64,000 nucleotides of DNA. Source: Felis catus. Taxonomy: Eukaryota. Made by a program: the position numbers and the translations under genes. The notes below the pieces were generated by a model. That model saw only the letters and a program-made list of their open reading frames with translations, ran no database searches and was not told where the DNA came from. Below, in pieces: positions 35,525 through 47,270 of the stretch. The stretch's first letter is position 1; each line of letters opens with the position of its first letter. Location: the NCBI RefSeq assembly GCF_018350175.1, contig NC_058383.1, forward strand, positions 25,360,001 to 25,424,000. Direction: 5' to 3'.

Positions 35525-36675
35525 TATGAGGAGAACAGAACACAAATGAAGACTTCAATAGATGACCCAGCCACAATGCCCAGGCAGGAATCTTACCAGC
35601 TGAGAGAGAACAGCTAAAGCCTGGAAAAATGAGGTCTTCAGAGAAGGAGGAATTCCAACCTTTGCCCATGGTCTGCAATTTCTAGATCTGGGCCCTGAGC
35701 CCCTGCCTAAACTCCCCAAATATTGCCAAATGAAGAATGAAAAGACAGACCCTTGAGCTCTTGCATGCGAGATCTTTGCCAAGGAGCACAGCAGAGGAAG
35801 GACCTGTCTACCAAGTGGCCTCAGAGATTCTGACTGGACGTGAAATGGTTTAGCTCTGAACACCACTTAATGGCTCATGCCTTCTCTGATCACTTATCCA
35901 TTTGAAACATGATGCTGCTGTCAGAAACCCAGGGGATCAGCTCTGTCCCATGTCCTGAAACACATCTGCTATCTCTGCCTTTCTCCTAAGTCTAGTTGAG
36001 CAGAAGGGGCACAGGCTTCAGATCAGACCCATAGACCTGCTTACACATACCAACTTACACAGTTATTAGTCCTGTGTTATGAACCTCCCTCCCTCCCTTT
36101 CTTTGGTCCCTCCTTCCCTTCCTTTCTCCTTCCTTCTTTTTCTCTCTCATTTTCTCCCTCCCTCCCTGCTTTCATTCTTCTTCAAAGACTTGCTATACAT
36201 CAAATACTGTCCAAAGCATGTCACAAAATTATCTTATTTAATCCCCAGAACAATCAATGAGGCAAATACTATTTTCATCATCCTCATTTACAGACCGGAA
36301 AACTGAGGCACAGGAATTAAGCAACTCACCAGTTCACACAGACAGTAAGAGGCTGAGTGAGGATTCAGGCCCAGGCAGCCTAGCCCCAGAGTCTGTATAC
36401 TTCCCTACTATGGTCTGCTACATTGTCACCATTGTCGGCCCCAAATAATAGCCATCTCTGGGTCTTGTGATGCTTAAATAATATAAGTAAGGTCCTTGGC
36501 AAATAGTAAGGCTTTAATAGATGACAGTTATCAACTTCATTCTCCAGGTTGCCAGTCTTTTAATTCATGTACAGAATAATAATAAATTCTACTTATATTG
36601 TTTTACAAGTATGGAAAATGGCTGCACCTAAATTACTTTCATTGGTTCTTATAACAGTCCTCTGATCCACTGTTT

Positions 36676-36882
36676 TTTTTTTTAAGTCAATTCATTTGGA
36701 AAAAGAGAGAGAAAGCACATGAGTGGAGGAGGGCAAGAGAGGGAGAAGGGAGAGTTCCAAGCAGGCTATGCACTGTCAGTGCAGAGCCCGATGCAGGGCT
36801 TGAACCCGTGAACCATGAAATCATGACCTGAGTCAAAACCAAGGGTCAGACACTTAACTGACTGAACCATCTAGGCATCCCC
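36676..36882 (-). mobile_element. Can-SINE
   Basis: Antisense SINE; TSD ccactgttt on both sides. Confidence 0.92.
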
Positions 36883-37776
36883 ACTGTTTGTCTTATAATA
36901 ATGTTTAGCATACAATATTATATGTTCCAGGCATTATTCTCTGTGCCTTACACATTTAATCCTAAACTCACTCAGTCCTATAGCTCTGTAAGCACTATTA
37001 TTATTTCCATATTACTGGCTCAGAGAAGTTAAGTAATATGCCCAAGGTCACACAGCTAGCAAGTAGTGGTGCTGGAATGAAACTCAGAGTCTGATTTCAG
37101 ACTCTGAGTTCTGAACCTGTATTCTGAGGGGGTCCATATATGAGGCAATTCAGGTTCATAAATGCTCTGATGAGTAACAGAGTAAGTGACAGAGCCAGAA
37201 CTCAAATCCAGGTCTGTCTGCCACCAGTGTCCTGGTAGGTGATGTTCTTAACTCTGCTGTCTTGTACCTCCAAGTGGCCTAATGGAAACAGCCTTGAGTT
37301 GGTGGTTAGAAGATACAGGCTCTATCCCTGCCAATAAAATTATCAGTCAACAGCTGGGTGACCTTGAACAAATCACTTTACCTCCATGCTTCATCTGAAA
37401 ACTTACGGAGCCATACTCACTTGATCTTTAATATCCTCTATTCTAAGCAACTATCTTCCAGGACTGAATTGCAATTCTGTTTGAAGAAAATAAATATAGC
37501 ATGTTTTTTATGGCTCAATTTCAAGTCCACCTCCACCCCTGAGGAAAAGTCTGGAAAATGCTTCATTTTACCTGATAAAATCCTAAATGTCCTATGAAGT
37601 ACAGCTCAAATGTATAGCAGCCAGAAACCCAGCTACTTCTCTGGAGACCTCTCAAGTTTTCAGCCCCTTTCCCTCACCTCTACCAGTTAAGAATTACTCA
37701 TACACTACTCTGTGCCCCTGCAGTACTTAGTTGGTGTCTCTATAACAGCAGTTATTATATTCACTGACATTAGGGG

Positions 37777-37777
37777 C

Positions 37778-37811
<34 letters not shown>
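37777..37811 (+). repeat. (GT)n microsatellite
   Basis: Read directly. Confidence 0.95.
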
Positions 37812-37813
<2 letters not shown>

Positions 37814-37820
37814 ATCCCCG

Positions 37821-38048
37821 CAGATTTTTGTATAATGATCTCCTATCCTGCCACCTTGATGAACTCATTTATTCATTCTAATAGTTTTTTAGAAGATTTC
37901 CTATATACAAGAAAGATTTTTTAGTGGTTCCTTTACTGAATTTCTATAAGCAAGATTTTCTATATGCAAGATCATGTCAGCTGCAAACAGACATAATTTC
38001 ACTTCCTCTTTTCCAATGTTGATGCCTTTTATTTCACATCCTGCTTAG
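37821..38048 (-). repeat. Antisense old-L1 RT fragment; inverted duplicate of 39020-39498
   Basis: Reverse complement aligns to 39020-39200 plus 39454-39498, including non-consensus private sequence. Confidence 0.9.
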
Positions 38049-38089
38049 CCTGTACTCCATAATTTTCATATGCTTGGAAATTTATGTTT

Positions 38090-38165
38090 TGTTGACCATA
38101 TGTAAGTACCAATATTAGACCATTTTTGACCTACACAAATGGCAATTTCATATGGTGCAACCTAG
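38090..38165. mobile_element. MADE2-like mariner MITE
   Basis: gttgaccatatg..gaccatttttgacctac..ggcaatttcatatggtgcaaccta, palindromic ~80 bp. Confidence 0.65.
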
Positions 38166-38233
38166 CAGATGCTCATTAAAAGCATATTTGCTGTTGTGCA
38201 ACAGATGTGTTCTTGAAAAACCTCATATTCTAC

Positions 38234-38405
38234 AGGAGGAGTAAGCTTTTTGCATAGAGGGCCACATAGTAGATACACAGACTTTGTATGCTAGACAGTC
38301 TCTGTCCCAAATATTCAACTTTGCCATTATTGCATCAAAGCAGCCATAAGCAATCTGTCAGTTAATGAGTATGGTTGTGTTCTAGTAAAACTCCATTTAT
38401 AAAAA
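38234..38405 (+). mobile_element. MER58A, 3'-truncated
   Basis: agagggccacatagta..aagcagccata..ggttgtgttctagtaaaact..tttataaaaa. Confidence 0.7.
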
Positions 38406-38774
38406 AAAAAAAGCCTGGACTCACGAAGAAACAGAAAATTTTCATAGCCCTATGACAAAGTAAAGAATTGAATTAGTAATAAAAAATATTTTTAAAAACT
38501 TCCCACAAAGAAAAGCTCAGGACCAGATGGTTACACTGGTGAATTCTACCTAACATTTAAAGAAGAATTAACACCACTTCTTCACAAACACTTCTGGAAA
38601 ATAAAGGAGAAATCAACACTTCCCAACTCCTTCTATGTGGCCAATATTATCCTGATATAAAAACCAAACAAGGATATCACAAGAAAAAAAAAGTCTACAG
38701 ACCATAAGAATACAAATGCTTCCACAATAGTCAAATTATGGAAAGAGCCTAAATGTCAGCCTAAATTATGGAAA

Positions 38775-38892
38775 GAGCCTGCTTCAGATTCTGTGTCTCC
38801 CTCTCTCTCTGCCCCTTCCCTGCTTGTGCTCTGTCTCTGTATCTCAAAAAAATAAATGTTAAAAAAAATTTTTTTTAAAGTAAAAAAAAAAA
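38775..38892 (+). mobile_element. 5'-truncated Can-SINE joined to L1-derived filler
   Basis: gagcctgcttcagattctgtgtctccc.. + A tail; no tRNA-like head, no TSD found. Confidence 0.9.
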
Positions 38893-39202
38893 TCATCACT
38901 AAGGTCATACTTAAAAGTGAAAAACTGAATCTTTTCCCCCTAAGATCAAGAACAAGACAAGGATGTCCACTCTCACCTCTTCTATGTAACATTGCACTAC
39001 AGGCTCCAGCCAGGGAAATTAGGCAGGATGTGAAATAAAAGGCATCAACATTGGAAAAGAAGAAGCAAAATTATATTTATCTGCAGATGACATGATCTTA
39101 CATATAGAAAATCTTCCATATAAGAAATTCAGTAAAGGACCACTAGAAAATCTTTCTTGCATATTGGAAGTCCTCTAAAAAACTATTAGAATGAATAAAT
39201 AA

Positions 39203-39440
39203 GGGACGCCTGGGTGGCTCAGTTGTTTAAGTGTCTGACTTCAGCTCAGGTCATGATCTCACAGTTTGTGCGTTCAAGCTCTGCATCGGCCTCTGTGCTG
39301 ACAGCTCAGATCCTGGAGCCCACTTTAGATTCTGTGTCTCTCCCTCCTCTCTCTCTCTCTGCTCCTCCCCCACTCACACTCTCTCTCTCTCTCTCTCTCT
39401 CTCAAAAATAATAAATAAACATTAAAAAAAAATTTTTTAA
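39203..39440 (+). mobile_element. Can-SINE
   Basis: TSD agaa(t/c)gaataaat at 39188 and 39441. Confidence 0.95.
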
Positions 39441-39874
39441 AGAACGAATAAATGAGTTCAGCAAGATGGCAGGATAGGAGATCAATAAACAAAATTCTAC
39501 TGTATTTCAATATACTACCAACAAATAATCCAAAAACGAAATTCAGAAAACCATTCCATTTACAATAGCATCAATAAACTACTTGGGAATAAATTTAACA
39601 AAAGAAGTGCAAAACTATAAAACATGGTTGAAAGAAATTGAAGAACTAAATAAACAAGAAGATATCCCATGTTCCTAGATCAGAAGACCTAAATTGTTAA
39701 AATGGCAACACACCCCAAATTGATCTACATAAGTGCAATCCTTATGAGACAGTGTGGAATGCCAAAAGGTAGGTAAGTAGAGATGAAGGAGAGTCCTGGC
39801 TGGACTGAAAAAGAAGCTACTTTCTTAATTACACATAACAAAAGAAAATAAGCAATTTAAGAACTGGAAATCAA

Positions 39875-40066
39875 GAGATTTCTGGATGGCTCAGTGGGCT
39901 GAGAATCTGACTTCAGCTCAGGGCATGGTCTCACGGTTTATGAGTTCAAGTCCCACATTGGCTCATTGCTTTCAGTGCAGGGCCTGCTTCAGACCCTTTG
40001 TCCCCCTCTCTCTGCCCCTCCCCTGCTGTGCTTTTTCTCAAAAATAAAAATAAAACATTAAAAAAA
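39875..40066 (+). mobile_element. Can-SINE
   Basis: TSD aagaactggaaatcaa at 39859 and 40067. Confidence 0.93.
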
Positions 40067-40601
40067 AAGAACTGGAAATCAATATTCACGGTCATTATGA
40101 AATCTGTTGCTTCCTGAACAATAAACTGCTTAATTCTCATTCCAAAATTTGAACTCATTCTTCTCAACTAAACTTTTCGTCATATTCATAAAATTCAGAG
40201 TTAACTCTTTGGGAATATGATCTGAGATAGCTATCAGAATTGAGTGAACCCTCCTTGATAATGATAGTCACTATGTTATTGCCAAAGTGGGCAGATAGAC
40301 CTATTTTTTAAATAGTGCTGGGTTCTATTTTTAGCTCATTTCTATCCAGGAATGTTAAACAGTACCCAAATAGGGGCAGTCACGTGGGTAATGAGCACCA
40401 TTACCATCTATGTGATTCTCTTGGTGCCAAGGAAGTTATGCATTTGGAAGGAACTGTGTATTTCTTCTTATTCAGCTTGTACTGAATACTCGCTATGATG
40501 CCACTCATGGGGCTAGGTGCCAGGATATGGAAGAGGACAAGCCCTAACTCTTGCCCCTACTCTGGAACTTGTAATCTGTTTATCACTTAATACGTCTAAT
40601 T

Positions 40602-40805
40602 CAGTGGTTCTCAACCAGAGATGATTTTATGCCCCGGGGACATCTGAAAATGTCTAAGGACATTGCCACAATTAAAGACATAAATACTATTGGCATCTGA
40701 GTAGAGGCCAGGGATGCTTCTAGACATTCTACAATGCACCGGACAGCCCCTAAAGCAAGGAAGTGTCTAGCCCATAATGTTAATAGTACACCTATTGGCA
40801 AACTT
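40602..40805 (+). mobile_element. MER20
   Basis: cagtggttctcaacc start; tggcatctgagtagaggccagggatgct..acagcccc. Confidence 0.88.
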
Positions 40806-43800
40806 GATCTAACTTCATGTCCCCATTTTTCAGAAGAAACTGGGTCCAATGTAAAGGACATACCCAAGATTGTCAGTTCTTCAGTAAAGTCTAGATGTCC
40901 TAGTTCCATTCTGCAAAAAATATTTTTAGTTTTCCTTTTTTGAACTGAAATTGAGGACTAACTTTTCCATGCTTTTCTCTTCCTAAAAGCAATGAGTTCT
41001 TCAGAGGCACCCTGATGGAAAGTTGCTTTAGATAGCAATAGAAAAGCATTTGCTTTCTATCTGCATGCTTAATGCAAGAGATGGGCTCTAGACCTGAGTG
41101 ACAGAGGTTCCTTGACATGGTTGGATATGGTTTCTGGATTTTGTTTGAAAGCAAGGATGTTGTGAAGAAAAGCATGGACTCAGAAGTTCCATTTATTCTT
41201 AATTTTTGTTGTTCATTCACAGCTTTAACAAAAGCATACTGACCTCCTACTGTGTGCCAACCACAAGGCTAGAAACCAAAGGCATGAGGATGAATAATAA
41301 ATATGTGGTCTCTCCCCTCAAAAGCTTGTGGCAAACAAGAGATACACACATAAACAAGGTATTGCAATATGTTGAGATAGAAGCACTAAAGGAGACAAGC
41401 ACAGGATGGAAGAGGGATGTGAGTTATTGGTCACAAGCAACAGAAACTAATTTTGGGCTTATTTAAGCAGGAAAAAAATGAACAGGAAATGTCCCAGGTA
41501 GCTCACAGAAGCACCAGAGAGCCTAAAGAAAGCTCAGAAAACAGGCAGGAAAAGGGAGGCTCAGCTGCAGCTAGTGCCTCAGTCTCAAAACTACCATGGT
41601 GAGGTCTTTGCAGCCATGATCAGTAAATACTGGCCATTACAGTTAAATAGCACGATTCCGACACTGGATACCATAAGTTGCACTGGACTCCGCTTGTCCC
41701 ACGCCCCTGGAGTCAGCAAACTGTTGCCACAGGAGGCTTCTCCACTCTCCTAGCTTCTTTATCTTTCCAGATCCCAAAGCAGTCTTTCGATTCACTTATC
41801 ATGAATCATTCACCCTCACTCTAGCCGCAAGGCATGCTGGGAAAATGAGCACCTCATCTGCTCAGTTTCTACAGTTACAGACCCACTTTGTCTCCTACTA
41901 CCAAAACTCTTATGGTAAGGGGATGTCCTCCTTTCAGACTTTGCTCAAATATTATCTTCTCAGCGTGACCACTCTAGGATGCCTGGCACTTGTCATCACC
42001 TTCTCCATGCTATATTTTCCCCCCATGATTCTTACCACCATCTCCTACATTATACGTGTATTTATTTATATGCTTGTTTATCTCTCACTACTTAAATGTG
42101 AGCCCCAGAAGGAAGGATCTGTGTCTGTTTTATTCACTACTGTGTCCTGAGTGCTAAAAACAATGCCTGGAACACCGGAGGCTCTCAATAAATATTGCTA
42201 AACAAATGAGTGAATGAATGAATGAATTCTCCAAACACAGAGAGATCAAAGGTCCTGAGAATCTGAACTTTGAACAAATGCTCACTATAAAGTACCTAAG
42301 AAAAATACATAACATAAATATGTATTGTACCCTGGAAATAAATCAGAGAGAGCTCTCTGATGGAAATGATACCTGAGTTGATCTTCAGACCAGGCAATGC
42401 AGACAAACCAGGGTCAGGAGAGAAAGACTTAAGCAGTTACGTGGGATTCCAAGAATGTATTGTTTTATGGTTTGGCATGATTCTGGGATGCTCCCTAGCC
42501 AAGTTCCTTGCATCATTTCTGCATGGAAGAGGCAATGGTTTGGACCAGTGCAGCAACAGGCTTGACCATGAAATGCCAAGATCAAAACTTGGAGGTGAAA
42601 GAAATCTTACCTAAAGCATCCAAAAGTGAGTCCTTTATAGAATAGAATGGTAGATTCCAGCGAACACCTGGACCCTTAAACAAAAAAGTATTACTCTGAA
42701 CATTATTCTGGAGAAAGGCAATCAGAGTAGTGAGAAAATAAATAATGATCAAACCTAAAAAGCAAATGAGTTTTTCTCTGGTTTAGAGGTGCTTGTGTTA
42801 TTACCTGGATAGCTTTTTGTTTAAGTGATTATACTGCCATAGAACTTTTTGTAATTCATCAAAATTCATAGGACTTGGAAGGCTAGGAAAAAAAAAAGAG
42901 TAGGTGGCAGGGTTATTACTTGAAGTTCAATTCAATAAATATAATTTATTTTTCTATAGAGTCCTTTATACGAAATATTGCCAGCGGCTTTACGGTCCAA
43001 CAAGACCGAATTTGAATGACTTAAGTTATTTGCTTTCAGACCAAATGGACTTTTATGAACATTTTGACTTCCCCTTGCACTAAATGAAGTGATATACAGC
43101 TATTCTCAACATAATTTCTGTCACCACCATTATCTCTCCTCGCTTCAGCTCTTTCACAGAGCTTCAGGATGACATTAAGTGGTAATTGCTGCAGTAGTCC
43201 CCTCGCAGAGCTGATCACTTCAGAAGGGCCCTTCACAAGATATTGGGGGGTAATGCAAGAGAAAAAAAGAGAGCTGATAAGGACAAGATCCTAAGGACGG
43301 TGCGTAGGAGTGACTCCTCTGTCAAATTCAACCAACTCAGTCACAGGAAACTAGCCAGTTTCCTAGGTCCTGGGGATGCAAATGGGACCCAGATGCGACC
43401 TTGTCTGTGTCTTACCTCATCTCCTTATGAGATTCAAATAAATAGTAATTGAAAGGCAATTTACATCTCTGCTGCAGTTTTTGCTAAAAATGCCAAGGGA
43501 AATAGACCTCCATAGCGCACAGAAAACTCAAAGCTCCTTTCCCCAGTCTGTCTCTGTTCTCTCATCCATGATCCATAAGACCAGATCATAAATCAAGCCT
43601 TGGCAGTCTTTCTGCTTTTTCTCTTCTCCCTATTCAGCCTCCGCTCTCTGGCTTCTTCCAGTTTTCCTTTTCTACCCTCACCCAGACACTGTATGAGAAA
43701 AGAGAGTAAGCAAGGTGGGCCTGGGGCAGAAACAGATTGCAAAGATTTATAACTTAATATATTTTCTTTTACAACCTGTCATAGATCCTCCCTTCAAGAA

Positions 43801-44069
43801 GTGCCCATTCTAAACACGGCTGCATTTTAGTTAAACCAAGGGTGTAAAATATTATGGATCACCTGTTTGTTTATAAATAAACCTTAGCACTGGGCCAAAA
43901 AAAGAAACGAACTATGTATAATTTCATATGAACAAAGAAGATGTCATGATCTCTAATGTGATCTAGGAATAGCTCTTCTGTGAGAGTGAAGGGAATGGAC
44001 CTGCTTTTTCCTAATTCCCTCAGTCAGTGGCCAGTTCTTTAAAATCAACCTAGGAGTCAAACAAACAGG

Positions 44070-44640
44070 TTTTAAAACTATAGTAAAATACACATAACAA
44101 AATTTATCATTTTTCAGTGTATAGTTAATAGCATTAAGTACACTATTGTTGTGAAACCATGCTCACCATCCATCACCAAAAATTTTTAACCGTCCCAAAC
44201 TTAAACTCTGTAGTCATTAAACAACTCCTCATTCCCTCCTCCTGGTCCCTGGTAAGCACCATTCTACTTACTTCTTTTTTTTTTAAGCTTATTTATTTTG
44301 AGAGACAGAGAGAGAGAAAAAGAGAACAAGTAAGCAGGGGAGAGGCAGAGAAAGGGAGAAAGAGAATCCCAAGCAGGCTCTGTGCTATCAGCACAGGGCC
44401 TGACATGGGGCTCTATATCATGAATGGGGAGATCATGACCTGAGCTGAAACTGAGAGTCAGATGCCCAACCAACTGAGCCACCCAGGCACCCCAGCACCA
44501 TTCTACTTTCTGTCTCTATTATCCAGATTACTGAAGGCATTTTGTAAATGGAATCATACAGTATTTGCTCTTTTGTGGCTGGCTTATATCACATAGTGTA
44601 ATGTCCTCAAGGTTCATCCATGTGGTATCATGTGTCATGG
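44070..44640 (-). mobile_element. L1MB-like 3' fragment split by a SINE
   Basis: aatgtcctcaaggttcatccatgt, ggaatcatacagtatttg, cattaagtacactattgttgtg. Confidence 0.85.
44270..44493 (-). mobile_element. Can-SINE
   Basis: TSD agcaccattctactt at 44255 and 44494. Confidence 0.95.
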
Positions 44641-44699
44641 TTATGTTCAAGCTACCATTTTTGTGTGTTTGTTTCCAAACTTCTAATTTATTGAGAGAC

Positions 44700-45070
44700 T
44701 ATGGGTATCCATCAGAGTATAAATGGACAAATAAAATGTGGCGTATCCGTACAATGGAACCCCACTCAAGGAATGAAGTACTGATAAGATGCCACAACAG
44801 GGATGGATCCTGAAAACACTATGCTAAGCAAAATAAACCAGTCACCAAAAGATCACATATGAAATTATTTCAGTTATCTGAAATACCCAAAACAGATAGT
44901 ACACAGAAACGGAAAGTGGATTAGTGAGTTGGCAGGGAGTGGGGGGGAAGGGGCATGGGAAGAAACTTCTCAATGGGTGCAGGGTTTCTTGCCAAAAATG
45001 TTTTGGAGCTAGCTAGAGGTAATGGTTGCACAACCCTGTGAATGCACGAAATGCCACTGAATTGTTTGCT
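44700..45070 (+). mobile_element. L1MB-like 3' fragment
   Basis: aaatggacaaataaaatgtgg..aggaatgaagtactgata..atggttgcacaac..atgccactgaattgt. Confidence 0.85.
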
Positions 45071-45071
45071 T

Positions 45072-45240
45072 TATTTTTTCTAATTAATTACTTTTAATTT
45101 CAGTATAATTAACATACAGTGTTATATTAGTTTCAGGTGCACAATATACTGATACAACAATTCTGTACATGACTCAGCGCTCATTACGATAAGTGTATTC
45201 TTAATCCCCTTCAGCTGTTTCACCCATCCTCCCAGCCACA
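45072..45240 (-). mobile_element. Carnivore L1 3' terminal fragment
   Basis: aacatacagtgttatattagtttcaggtgcacaatata. Confidence 0.8.
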
Positions 45241-45271
45241 TTCTTACTTTTGCCTTATTGTATTAAGATTG

Positions 45272-45577
45272 CACTGTCCAGTGTAGTAGTCACTAGCCAC
45301 ATGGAGCTGCTCAGTGCTCAAAATGTAGTTAGTCCAAACTGAGATATGCTGTAAGTGTGAAATACACACTGGATTCAATGGCTTAGTACTACAAACCAAT
45401 ACAAAATATTAATAGCTTTATATTGATTACATGTTCAAATGGTAATATTGTGAATATATTGACCGGAAGAAAATATATTAGTAAAATAAGTTTCATCCAT
45501 GTTATTTTACTGTTTCAATGTGGCTACTGGAAAACTTTAAATTATATATGTGGCTCAAATTCTATTTCTCTGGGATA
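45272..45577. mobile_element. MER33/MER3-like hAT-Charlie
   Basis: cactagccacatgg..aactgagatatgctgtaagtgt..aatgtggctactggaaaa..atgtggctca. Confidence 0.8.
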
Positions 45578-46839
45578 AGGGTCAGTTGAGGGTCTAAGCC
45601 AGTCTTTGGGGGTAGGGGAGTGGCCAGAGTCTCTTTGAATTCCAAGAGTCCCTCTTGTCCTCAGTGGGCAGGTCAGCCTGACTAGTGAATTAAGCTGGAA
45701 TCATTGTAGAGGAGCAAGGAGAGAAGGGCTGCTATATGAATGGAGGACAGAAGAGTGTCACCCTGGCAGAGAACTGGAGTTTCTAGGACCAAGGGAGTGG
45801 AGAGAGGCAGACTCTAAGTGCTGGAGACTTGTGCTCTTCTCCCTTAACAGTGCCCCAAAGGAGGCACCCCTCTGATGGGGTGACACTTGGATCCTAGGGA
45901 TGATGACCAAGAACCATGATTTTGAAGGTTATGGGGAGGTCCTTATCTGAGCCACAGCTCAACTGAACCACTGTGGGGAGCATCTCCCAAAACAGACAGC
46001 TGAGGACCATGCCCCTGCTGGCAACAAAATAAGCTCTAGGATTTGATACAGTCCCCTGAGATGGGGAAGGCAGCCCAATGATGACAGATACTGCCCATTC
46101 CATGGGGTGGGTGCTCAGGTCAGATTTCATTTGATTTAGACAAATGAAGAAATGTGAAGTTTTTTTGCACTCCAGCACTGTGGAACAAATTCATGCCTGT
46201 TTCACAAATAATCTTTGGCGAAGACAGTCATGCACCTGCAAGTCTTCAAACATTTATTCAGAGCATGTGAAGCTGAAGGTCCATGGGCCTCTCTATGCAT
46301 ATGGCTGGCTGCAGGCCTTCTCTCCCATAGCCTCCAACCTGAAGCACCAGGACCTGTATGCTTTCCAGATGGATACATCTTCTTGGGAATATACTGAGAA
46401 CTTCCAGGGGCCAGAAGCCAAAAGAACTAAAAATGCCAAAGCCACCATCACAAAACCTCTGAGCTGAGAAGCATCTATAGGGATAACAGTCCAACTCCTT
46501 TTGTTCTAGTGGAAAGAAATACAGTCTACATGGGAAGTGAGCAAGTAGGATTTGCTCAAGGTCATACAGGTGGTGGTCAGGTCTCTAACTAGAACACACC
46601 CCTTTTTTACTCTCCTGAGCATCTCAAATGGCCCTACAGCTGGGTCCTCAACACTGCAACATCACATCTTTCCATTTCCAAATAAACCAAACAATTTGCA
46701 ATATTCCAGGCAGAGCCTTTCTAGCTAGATAACATGCAAATACCTAATTTGAGACAATCAAACTCTACAGGGAGGAAATTACCTTTACCGAATTATGCAC
46801 ATATATATATGCATCATATTGAGTTAAGATGCAACTTAG

Positions 46840-47270
46840 TACAGCTTCTGTAGCTGCTATAACTGAGACTTAAGAAGGTGGCTTAAACAAGAAGTTCCTT
46901 GTTGTCTCATGAAATAATCTGGAAAAAGCAGGTCAGGGCCAGTTAAGAGGCTCCAGATTGCCTATGGCTTAGGATCCTCCCACTGTGTTGTGTTCTTCCA
47001 CATATAGGGTGATGCCCCTCAACTGTGTGGTCCAAGACAGATCATCCCAGTGCCTACATTTCAGCCCATGGGAGTGAGGAACAAGGAGGAATGGGGAGAG
47101 TACGTCCTGCACATCATTTCTGCTCATACCCTACTGGTCAGAACTTAGTCACATGGCTATATATCACTACAAGGGAGACTAGAAAACAATCTTCATTCTG
47201 AGAAACCACATATGTATCAAAAAGTCTATCACCATACAAAAAGAGAATAATGGATGCAGGGACAACTAGC
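46840..47270 (-). mobile_element. MLT1J/K-like LTR
   Basis: ggtggcttaaacaa..tctgctcataccctactggtcagaacttagtcacatggc..caagggagactagaaa. Confidence 0.7.

Larger units (their letters stand above)
38410..39745 (+). mobile_element. Old L1 (L1M-type) ORF2 fragment with two SINE insertions
   Basis: ggaccagatgg..ggtgaattctacc, [14 protein letters not shown], gcagatgacatg. Confidence 0.9.

Noticed and set aside
44070..45070. Twin-primed inverted L1
   Set aside because: The two opposite fragments cover overlapping L1 3' coordinates and differ extensively, fitting two separate old insertions.
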